Origin: Kiritimatiellia bacterium
GTDB lineage: Bacteria; Verrucomicrobiota; Kiritimatiellia; JAAZAB01
Direction: 5' to 3'
Assembly: GCA_028718125.1 (NCBI GenBank)
Contig: JAQUMN010000017.1
Coordinates: 8,401 to 72,400, forward strand
DNA length: 64,000 nucleotides
Below are positions 57,003 through 64,000 of this stretch, in pieces; the stretch's first letter is position 1; each line of letters starts with the position of its first letter. Both the position numbers and the translations under genes were made by a program. The notes below the pieces were generated by a model. That model searched no databases. It worked only from the letters and a program-made list of their open reading frames with translations, and was not told the origin of the DNA.

Positions 57003-57911
57003 TCAATCCGTTGTGAATAGGCCCGGGCGGCAGGCATAGTGCCGCAGAGCCTCGGCGGTTTGCGGGGAGCGGCTTTCGAGTATGCTGCCGATGCAAGCTT
57101 GGGCTTGCGGTGCGATGATCGTTTGCGACACGACCTCGACCGTCACATCGGTCCGGTCAAACCGGCCAACGGGCGCGCCAGCCAGAACAACCGATGCCAT
57201 CTGCATGGTCGGATCGAGCACGGGTTCCACCGCCACGCCGTGCGCCCTGAATGCGGCCTTGAACAGCGGGAGCGCGAAGCCGAAATGGGTGCATAGCAAG
57301 GCCGCCACGCGCGGCTTACACCTGTCCGACGCCTTCGCCACGGCCTCGGCGACGGATCGATCAATCAGCGCGCGCGCCTCCTGCGCGCCGCTTTCAATCA
57401 GATTCGGCAAGGCCCCGCAATCCTGATAGATCGCCTGCTCCGCGGAATATCCCCGCTTTGCAAGCCGCTTGCGATGGATGCCCGATTGGACCGTGGTGGG
57501 TGCGGCGAACATCAGGATATAGTCGCCGGGATGGTTTTGCAGATGGCTCACCATCAGGTCCACGCCGATTTCCATCAGGCCGATGACCGGTCCATGCGCC
57601 ACGCGCGCGAAGGCCGTTTGATCGAATAGGACGGATAAAGTATTGCAGGCGATCAAAATCACGTCCGGAGTAAATTCGCGCACCATGGCGTCCAACGCGT
57701 TTGAAAAGACGCGATACCGGCGCTCCGGGGTGGTCATGGTGTCGAACCCGAACGTTTCCGCCGGCCGGCAGTTGAAAAAAGCGACATGGGCCCGACAGAA
57801 TAGGCCGTTCATTTTCAAGCGTTCCACGAGGTCGGCGGTAACCGCCAATCCGCCCAGGCCGGAATCGGTGGCTACCACCCGGATGGCTTCGCCTTCAAAT
57901 AGCGAATGCAT
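57003..57911 (-). CDS. Glutamate/aspartate racemase-family enzyme (two-Cys, MurI-like)
   Basis: 'VVATDSGLGGLAV', 'IACNTLS' and 'LLCTHFG' match MurI catalytic motifs. At 302 aa it is longer than a typical MurI. Confidence 0.6.
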   Translation of the reverse strand: MHSLFEGEAIRVVATDSGLGGLAVTADLVERLKMNGLFCRAHVAFFNCRPAETFGFDTMTTPERRYRVFSNALDAMVREFTPDVILIACNTLSVLFDQTAFARVAHGPVIGLMEIGVDLMVSHLQNHPGDYILMFAAPTTVQSGIHRKRLAKRGYSAEQAIYQDCGALPNLIESGAQEARALIDRSVAEAVAKASDRCKPRVAALLCTHFGFALPLFKAAFRAHGVAVEPVLDPTMQMASVVLAGAPVGRFDRTDVTVEVVSQTIIAPQAQACIGSILESRSPQTAEALRHYACRPGLFTTD

Positions 57912-57914
57912 GCT

Positions 57915-59078
57915 TCAGCTTTCCCGGAGATAATCGAGGTTGAGCAGGAGGTTGGCCGTCAAAACGATGCGCTGGAACAGCGATTCCGTGACAATGTATT
58001 CCTGGTCGGTAAAGTCGTTGGCGCCGATGGGGCCGAGTCCGTCAATGGATTGAATGCCGGCATAGGCCAGCCAGCTGGCGTCAGACCCGCCACCGCGCTC
58101 TTCCGGCGGCAGGCTCTGGCCCAGGGAGGCGGCCACGTCCTGGGCCAGTCGGAATAACTTTTTGGCGTTGGCATCCGGCCGCATCGGCGGGCGGAAGGTC
58201 CGACGTTTAAGGGTGAGGCTGCATCCCGGCACCGACGGCTGCGTGACCATCTGTTGGACTTCGTTCATTACTTTTTCGCCGACAGCCGGATCCCAATAGC
58301 GAAGCTCAAACGTAACCGTGGCGTCTTCCGGAATGGCGTTATAGGCAATCCCGCCATTGATCATACCCACATGCGCGCGCACACTGCCGTCAGGCCGGTT
58401 CAGCGATTCGATGGCCATGACTTTGTTGGCGGCTTCCTTAATGGCGCTGACTTTGGCGCCTTGGTAAAGGCCGGCATGTCCCGGCTGGCCCTTGATGGCC
58501 AGGTCATAGACAAGGATGCCCCGCCGGGTGGTTACGGCCGAGTTGTTAAGTCCCGCGCATTCAAAGATGATTCCGGCGGAAGCCTTGCCCCGCATACCGG
58601 CAAACAGATCGCTGGAGGTTGGCGAGTTGATTTCCTCGTCTGAATTGAAGATGCAGACCACGGGGATATTTTCCAGCAGGCCCTCTTGTTCCAGAACCTT
58701 GAGCGCCCATATCAGGACAACCAGCCCGCCTTTCATGTCGGCCGTGGCTGGCCCCCGCAAGCGATCGCCGTCCGGCGTAAGCTGTTCAAACCCGGGTGGA
58801 CAAATCGTGTCCATGTGGCCGCCCAGGACCACGGGCAGGCGCGGTGGACGAAGGCGGGAAAAAATCAGGTGGTTGCCATAGATGTCCTGACGAACCACGT
58901 CCCGCGTGAAGCCCCGGGGCATTTCGCGCGTGATGCGCTCGCCGATCCAATCGACGCCGGCTTTGTCGACGCTGGCGCTGGAGTGCTCGACAATGGCTTT
59001 CAGGAACTCCAGAATACGGGTCCGGTTGGCGAGCACGGCATGCGCAATGCGGTTATCAATTATAATCGGCATACCCAT
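57915..59078 (-). CDS. M20-family metallopeptidase (ArgE/DapE/carboxypeptidase G2-like)
   Basis: 'GGHMDT', 'ATADMKGG' and 'NSDEE' metal-ligand motifs. Start placed at 'MGMPIIID'. Confidence 0.7.
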   Translation of the reverse strand: MGMPIIIDNRIAHAVLANRTRILEFLKAIVEHSSASVDKAGVDWIGERITREMPRGFTRDVVRQDIYGNHLIFSRLRPPRLPVVLGGHMDTICPPGFEQLTPDGDRLRGPATADMKGGLVVLIWALKVLEQEGLLENIPVVCIFNSDEEINSPTSSDLFAGMRGKASAGIIFECAGLNNSAVTTRRGILVYDLAIKGQPGHAGLYQGAKVSAIKEAANKVMAIESLNRPDGSVRAHVGMINGGIAYNAIPEDATVTFELRYWDPAVGEKVMNEVQQMVTQPSVPGCSLTLKRRTFRPPMRPDANAKKLFRLAQDVAASLGQSLPPEERGGGSDASWLAYAGIQSIDGLGPIGANDFTDQEYIVTESLFQRIVLTANLLLNLDYLRES

Positions 59079-59258
59079 GTGCTCCGTTTTAGAAATTTGA
59101 TCCGCTTGTAGGGCGGGCACTTCCCCGATGCGGCAACGGGGAATGCCCGCCGGGTTGGATCGCAGAACGGCGGGCAATCAAAGCAGTATTCCTGCCCTAC
59201 ATAAGTAACAATAACGCCGTTCCTCGGGGTTAATTCAATGTTAAGTCAAAGTTTGAAC

Positions 59259-59387
59259 TGGATTCCCGCTTTCGCGGGAATGACCCCGCTTCGCTCGGAG
59301 GCTGCGCAGGGCAGGCAGAATGGATGGACATTGTTTGTCATTCCCGACCTGACTCGCCTCGGCGGAGCCAGGGTCGGGAATCCAGGA
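59259..59387. repeat. REP/MITE-like element with two ATTCCC...GGGAAT hairpins (ATTCCCGC-tttc-GCGGGAAT and ATTCCCGACC-N22-GGTCGGGAAT) downstream of glnA
   Basis: Read directly. The ends are inverted (TGGATTCCCG ... CGGGAATCCAGG). Confidence 0.55.
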
Positions 59388-59415
59388 TTTTGGGCGCGGC
59401 GTTATCCGAACAGGC

Positions 59416-60840
59416 TCAGATGTCGTAATACAGCGTGAATTCCCAGGGATGCGGCCGCAGGTCCAGGGCCAGAACCTCATTCTTCATCTTGTAATCAATC
59501 CAGGTTTCGATGACATCCTGAGTGAAGACATCGTTCTTCATCAGGAAGGCATGATCTTTTTCCAGGGCCATCAGCGCCTCGCGCAACGATCCGGGGGTCT
59601 GCGGCACCTTGGCCAGCTCTTCCGGCGGCAGGTCGTAAAGATCCTTGTCAAAGGGCTCGCCCGGATCAATTTTGTTGAGGATGCCGTCAACCGCAGCCAT
59701 CAGGATGGCCGCGAATGCCAGGTACGGATTACAGCTCGGATCCGGACAGCGAAACTCGACGCGCTTGGACTTAGGCGACGTTGAATACATGGGAATGCGC
59801 ACCGCGGCGCTACGGTTCCGCCGGGAATAGGCCAGGTTAACCGGAGCCTCGTAACCCGGAACCAGGCGTTTATAGCTGTTAGTCGTGGGGCTGGTCAAGG
59901 CCAGGAGCGACGCGGCATGTTTCAGAATGCCGCCGATCGCAAACATGGCGGTTTCCGACATGCCCGCGTAGCCCTCTCCCGAAAAAAGGTTCTTATCCCC
60001 TTTCCACAGCGAAAGATTCACGTGCATGCCGCTGCCATTGTCGCCGAAAAGCGGCTTGGGCATGAAAGTTGCCGTTTTGTTATATTTGCGCGCCACGTTC
60101 TTGATTACATATTTGTACTTAAGCATGGCGTCGGCCATGTGCAACAAGGTCCCAAAGCGCATGTCAATTTCGCACTGTCCCCCCGTGGCCGCCTCGTGAT
60201 GCTGGGCTTCGATGGGTATGCCGATGCGCTCAAGGATCAGCATCATTTCACTGCGGATATCCTGGAGCGTATCCGTGGGGGGCACGGGAAAATAGCCTTC
60301 CTTGTACCTGATTTTGTATCCCGAGTTGGGGTTTTCGATCCGGCCGGTGTTCCATTGTCCTTCGTTGGAATCAATATGATAATATCCTTCGTGGGAATTT
60401 TGATCGAAACGCACATCGTCGAAAATAAAAAATTCAGCCTCGGGCCCAATGGAGGCAACGTCGGCCAAGCCGGTGCTCTTGAGATAGGCTTCCGCCTTGC
60501 GGGCGATATTGCGGGGGTCACGCGTGTAGTCCTCGCCGGTAATCGGATCGCAGATATTGCAGATCAACACCAGGGTTTTATCCTTAAAAAACGGATCCAC
60601 GAATGCCGTTTCCGGCACGGGTTTTACAAGCATGTCCGATTCGTTGATTACCTGCCAGCCGCGGATGCTGGAGCCGTCGAACCCCAACCCTTTTTCGAAC
60701 GTTTCCTCTTTCATCTCGCGTGCCGGCACGGAAAAGTGCTGCCAGAGACCCGGGAAATCCATGAACCGCAGATCCACAACCTCAACCTTTTCTTTCTGGA
60801 TAAACGTGACGATGTCGCGGGGTGTTTTAATGCCATTCAT
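59416..60840 (-). CDS. glnA: Glutamine synthetase type I
   Basis: 474 aa with full-length GS-I similarity ('DGSSIRGW', '[10 protein letters not shown]', '[14 protein letters not shown]', '[14 protein letters not shown]'). Confidence 0.9.
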   Translation of the reverse strand: MNGIKTPRDIVTFIQKEKVEVVDLRFMDFPGLWQHFSVPAREMKEETFEKGLGFDGSSIRGWQVINESDMLVKPVPETAFVDPFFKDKTLVLICNICDPITGEDYTRDPRNIARKAEAYLKSTGLADVASIGPEAEFFIFDDVRFDQNSHEGYYHIDSNEGQWNTGRIENPNSGYKIRYKEGYFPVPPTDTLQDIRSEMMLILERIGIPIEAQHHEAATGGQCEIDMRFGTLLHMADAMLKYKYVIKNVARKYNKTATFMPKPLFGDNGSGMHVNLSLWKGDKNLFSGEGYAGMSETAMFAIGGILKHAASLLALTSPTTNSYKRLVPGYEAPVNLAYSRRNRSAAVRIPMYSTSPKSKRVEFRCPDPSCNPYLAFAAILMAAVDGILNKIDPGEPFDKDLYDLPPEELAKVPQTPGSLREALMALEKDHAFLMKNDVFTQDVIETWIDYKMKNEVLALDLRPHPWEFTLYYDI

Positions 60841-60949
60841 ATGCCAACCTCCTGTGTTGAACCAATCCCGTTAGTCCCCAACAAATTATTTCCAAAAGTA
60901 TTGCACGAAACGTTCCGGATGCGCAAAACATTATTAAACCAAAAAAAGT

Positions 60950-62530
60950 CTAACCGAAATCGTAACAAAACGCGGACAGTGCCCGAATCTTCCGGCTGAT
61001 GTTATCCATGACCTGCGCCGGAACTGGCTTGTTGATCCGCATTATGACCAGCGATTCGTTGACCTTCAGGTGATGCGGGTTGCGCACGTCCTCGATATTG
61101 ATTTTGGCCATGGCCAGGGCCGAGCCGATCTGACCCAGGACGCCGGGGCGGTCCTCGTAAATGAAAAATACGGTGGGCCCCTTTGGCTCAAAATACAGCC
61201 TGTCGAAGTCGTTGATCCGCGCAATCATGAGCGCTCCTTCCACGACCGTGCCGCGCACGCTGATCCGACGCAGGCTTCCGGCATCCAGCGTGCCGACCAG
61301 GTCAATGGTCATGGAATTCTCAAAGTGCTTGTTGGGATCGGTTGTGCGGTTGGCCACCTCGATCCCCATATCCTTCAGAAACTTACGTGCTGATTTGTTG
61401 TCCATAGGCTGGTCAATCCGATCGCCCAGCGCGGTGACCACGGGGATCATCAGCCAGTCGCTGAATGGTTCCAGCAACCCGTAAAAGCTGGTTTCGAGGC
61501 TCGCCAACTTGGCGGTCGGGCCCAGCAGATGGCGACAGAGCTTGGTAATTGTAAAGGCCAGCTTGCCGTAGGCTTCATTCAGGCCCTCGGGCACCTCGCG
61601 GTTGACGATGAAGCTGGTAATTCCCTTCTCATCCAGTTCAATCAGTTCCTCGGCGGCGCGGCGCGCGGCGTTGGTATTGGCTTCCACCGTACTGGCGCCC
61701 AGGTGGGGCAACATGATGTCGGCAATGTCGGCCACGCTTTTGAGGCCCTCGGCGTCCTTGGGATAGACATCGTTAAGGAACCGGATATTTTTCGCCGCCT
61801 TGACCTGACGTAGCGCCGCCTCATCCAGAATGCCGGCCCGGGCGCAATTGATCAGGGTAGCGCCTTCTTTCATCCGGCTGATGAGTGCCAGGTTAATCAG
61901 TCCGCGGGTTTCTTCGTTTTCCGGGATGTGCAGGGTGATATAATCGGCCTGAGCAAAAAGCACGGGGAGTTCGACCAGTCCCACTGCCATGGCATCGGCG
62001 CGTTCCTGGGAGATGAGGGGGTCGTAGCCCAGCAACTTGACATCAAACCCCGCCAGGCGCTTGGCAACCAGTTGGCCGATATTGCCCAGGCCGACAATTC
62101 CGATTGTTTTACCCGTGAGTTCGCGGCCCATTAATTTTTTCTTTTCCCATTTGCCCTCGCGCGTGGTGATGTCGCCCGCGATAATGTGGCGGGCGTCCGC
62201 CAGCATGAGCGCGACGACTTCCTCGGCCACGGCGTTGGAGTTGGCGCCGGGAGTGTTCATGACGTCAATGCCCTTCTTGCGGGCGTGCTTGATGTCGATT
62301 GTGTCATATCCCGTACCGGCGCGAACGATCACCTTGAGATGAGGTAGGGCGTTCATTAGCGCGGGGGTCACTTTTTCACTGCGCACGATAAGCGCATAGG
62401 TGTCGGCATGCTGGCCGACCAGCGCAAGAATGTCGGTTTTATCGTCTTGAATGACCGTGTAGTGCCCGTTGGCTTCCAGGAGCTTGCGCGCTCCGCTTTC
62501 TAGCTTGGTAGGGATTAATACTTTTTTCAT
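60950..62530 (-). CDS. serA: D-3-phosphoglycerate dehydrogenase with C-terminal ACT domain
   Basis: 'GIVGLGNIGQLVAKR' NAD-binding motif. Long SerA form (526 aa) with ASB and ACT domains. Confidence 0.85.
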   Translation of the reverse strand: MKKVLIPTKLESGARKLLEANGHYTVIQDDKTDILALVGQHADTYALIVRSEKVTPALMNALPHLKVIVRAGTGYDTIDIKHARKKGIDVMNTPGANSNAVAEEVVALMLADARHIIAGDITTREGKWEKKKLMGRELTGKTIGIVGLGNIGQLVAKRLAGFDVKLLGYDPLISQERADAMAVGLVELPVLFAQADYITLHIPENEETRGLINLALISRMKEGATLINCARAGILDEAALRQVKAAKNIRFLNDVYPKDAEGLKSVADIADIMLPHLGASTVEANTNAARRAAEELIELDEKGITSFIVNREVPEGLNEAYGKLAFTITKLCRHLLGPTAKLASLETSFYGLLEPFSDWLMIPVVTALGDRIDQPMDNKSARKFLKDMGIEVANRTTDPNKHFENSMTIDLVGTLDAGSLRRISVRGTVVEGALMIARINDFDRLYFEPKGPTVFFIYEDRPGVLGQIGSALAMAKINIEDVRNPHHLKVNESLVIMRINKPVPAQVMDNISRKIRALSAFCYDFG

Positions 62531-62689
62531 AGATTTCGCCTTCTGGTATGGTGAACTGGATGATCGTCATCATTTTATTGTTTTTGTGAACTTTTGTGCT
62601 TTTGTGAGTGCAAATATACGCATCTTGGGCCATATACACAAGCCGTGTTTTGTTCCAGGGCTGTGTCAAGAACGGTCTCGCAGAAGAGC

Positions 62690-62850
62690 CCTCCTTCGTC
62701 CGGCAACTGCCGGACTATGGCGGGCAGGCGGCCCCTCCATGAATGCCAATGCTTTCGCGATATTGGAGGGCGTCCCGATCACGCCGCGAGGGCGGGTTAT
62801 CGGGCGGGACTGCGACGCCGCTGGTTTCAGCATGGATGACACAGCTGTGC
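62690..62850 (+). repeat. Interspersed repeat family 2, copy 3
   Basis: About 90% identical to 8345-8506. An additional ~25 bp on its 5' side (from 62668) matches the 3' end of inverted copy 2 at ~12266-12290, so the element boundaries are fuzzy. Confidence 0.7.
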
Positions 62851-62947
62851 ACTTGACAAGCCATGGCCTGGGATTAATTTTGATTGACATGAGTTCCATT
62901 AAATCGGAATATATACATATAAATATTAAATTAAGGGAATCATTCGC

Positions 62948-63130
62948 ATGAATAAGCCGGTCTGCAAGGGTTCGCATAAAGGGCACCTATGCGTGCTTGC
63001 CAGCGATGAACGGTTTGAGGAGATCAAGGCGCTTGTGGCCAAGCCGAAGGTCATCTGCTTCAACTGCGGACGGGTCGCCAATTCCCGGAAAAACCTCTGT
63101 AATCCCATGCCGTTGAAAGAAAAGAAATAA
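62948..63130 (+). CDS. Small (60 aa) Cys/His-containing hypothetical protein
   Basis: SD 'AAGGGA' ~10 nt upstream. 'CKGSHKGHLC' and 'CFNCG...C'. Confidence is low. Confidence 0.35.
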   Translation: MNKPVCKGSHKGHLCVLASDERFEEIKALVAKPKVICFNCGRVANSRKNLCNPMPLKEKK

Positions 63131-63205
63131 TTTGACGTTGACATAATATCGCCCGTGGTTTATAAAAAAAATAAATTAAGGTTTAACCGTTGCGCAGGAG
63201 GTATA

Positions 63206-63490
63206 ATGAAGATAGGTATCATGGGAATGATGGTCGGCGTGCTGTTGGCCGGGAGCACCCTGACGGCGTCGGCAATGAATGAAAGTCGCGGCGGCCTGAT
63301 GGGCTTTATTGCCGGATGCTGTTTCGGCATGCGCGCCGGCGCGGCTTATAATGACGGCAAGGAAGTTCACTGGCGCGAATGGATCTCCTTGATTATCCCG
63401 ATTATTCCCCCGGTGTGGGCCGGTGTTGACGGCGCCAACGGCATGACTACATCTGATTATGCGAAGAAATACGGCGCAATCTTTTATTAA
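63206..63490 (+). CDS. Small secreted/membrane protein, tandem paralog 1 (unknown family)
   Basis: Strong SD 'AGGAGG' and signal peptide 'MKIGIMGMMVGVLLAGSTLTASA'. The conserved core 'NESRGGLMGFIAGCCFGMRAGAAYNDGKEVHWREW' is shared with the next gene. Confidence 0.6.
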   Translation: MKIGIMGMMVGVLLAGSTLTASAMNESRGGLMGFIAGCCFGMRAGAAYNDGKEVHWREWISLIIPIIPPVWAGVDGANGMTTSDYAKKYGAIFY

Positions 63491-63528
63491 ATGTATTAGT
63501 CGGTAACCAATAAAAAGGAGGGGTTTAG

Positions 63529-63819
63529 ATGAAAAAGCTGATTGCCGGTTTAATGGTCGGACTGATGCTGTTGTGCGCGGTGAGCACATCCTCGGCGTTG
63601 AATGAAAACCGCGGCGGCCTGATGGGCTTTATCGCCGGATGCTGCTTTGGCATTCGCTCCGGCGCGGCCTATAATGACGGCAAGGAAATTCACTGGCGCG
63701 AGTGGGTTCTGCTGATTCCGGTGGCTAATATCGTGTTTGCCATCTGGAACGGTGTTGACGGCGCCAATGGAATGACCTCGACCGATTATCAGAAAGCATA
63801 TGGCACGGCGTTCTTTTAA
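63529..63819 (+). CDS. Small secreted/membrane protein, tandem paralog 2
   Basis: SD 'AGGAGG' and signal peptide 'MKKLIAGLMVGLMLLCAVSTSSA'. About 65% identical to paralog 1, including 'GVDGANGMT' and 'DY.K.YG..F' at the C-terminus. Confidence 0.6.
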   Translation: MKKLIAGLMVGLMLLCAVSTSSALNENRGGLMGFIAGCCFGIRSGAAYNDGKEIHWREWVLLIPVANIVFAIWNGVDGANGMTSTDYQKAYGTAFF

Positions 63820-64000
63820 ACGTCCGACGCGCCCCGAGCGCGAAGCCCTCCTGCCCCGAGCTAAGCCAAAGGGCAGGGATGGCTATGCATGAATAAATCA
63901 GGTAAGCCGGGACGGTAAAGTTATTGTTAAAAAGAGATTCCAGGCCGTTGGCTTGGAATCTCTTTTTGCTTCAGGCTGGCGGGAACGAAAAATGCGAGTT

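Noticed and set aside
1-64000. CRISPR arrays, rRNA and tRNA genes, prophage/integrase/transposase genes, toxin-antitoxin pairs
   Set aside because: No regularly spaced direct repeats with unique spacers were found. No rRNA-like conserved blocks or tRNA T-loop/acceptor hallmarks were seen by eye in intergenic regions. No integrase or transposase ORF is present, so the repeats appear non-autonomous.

Overview
This is a 64 kb stretch of a high-GC (about 60%) bacterial chromosome. It is densely coding and mixes housekeeping operons with two accessory-looking regions; taxon is not assignable from sequence alone (speculatively a PVC-type lineage).

Gene content, in order:
- 1-3.6 kb: a translationally coupled envelope operon (partial SH3b protein, M48 lipoprotein peptidase, ATP-grasp ligase) facing a convergent HExxH peptidase.
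- 4-8.3 kb: a CPA2 antiporter with an RCK_C domain, a CDF efflux pump and a GT2/GT81-like glycosyltransferase.
- 8.7-13.7 kb: sugar-phosphate isomerase, 6-phosphofructokinase, an MFS transporter and a Tat-lipoprotein M48+TPR (BepA-like) protease.
- 13.8-31.5 kb: a carbohydrate-catabolism-like island. It holds a 985-aa hypothetical, two ~880-aa paralogous hydrolase-like proteins, three paralogous alpha/beta-hydrolases, a tandem amidohydrolase-2 protein, a hydroxypyruvate-isomerase-like protein, a DegT-family aminotransferase, an AraC regulator and a cytoplasmic BNR/sialidase-like protein. None of the enzymes has a signal peptide.
- 31.6-44.9 kb: a metal-homeostasis supercluster: a znuABC-like ABC importer, a URO-D-like hypothetical, Nramp mntH, feoAB, and a zinc-ribbon protein plus nikR plus OM beta-barrel plus nikMN-Q-O ECF nickel importer.
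- 45-49.7 kb: isocitrate dehydrogenase followed by a two-subunit ATP-citrate lyase.
- 49.7-63.8 kb: a secreted tandem-repeat protein, rsmD-coaD-yceD-rpmF-plsX-fabH-fabD, an EamA transporter, a murI-like racemase with an M20 peptidase, glnA, serA, and finally one small Cys-rich protein followed by two tandem paralogous small secreted proteins.

Non-coding structure seen directly in the sequence:
- Two families of ~170-200 bp hairpin-rich interspersed repeats (MITE/REP-like), each in 3 or more copies.
- Related 'GTCATTCC...GGAATGAC' and ATTCCC-N8-GGGAAT hairpin modules at other sites.
- An (AATTTCT)n heptanucleotide microsatellite filling a divergent promoter.
- Two 6-N13-6 palindromes (TAATAC-N13-GTATTA) inside a ~70-bp direct repeat upstream of the nik operon, proposed here as NikR operators.
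- Several terminator-like hairpins.

No rRNA or CRISPR array was seen, and no tRNA was identified by eye.
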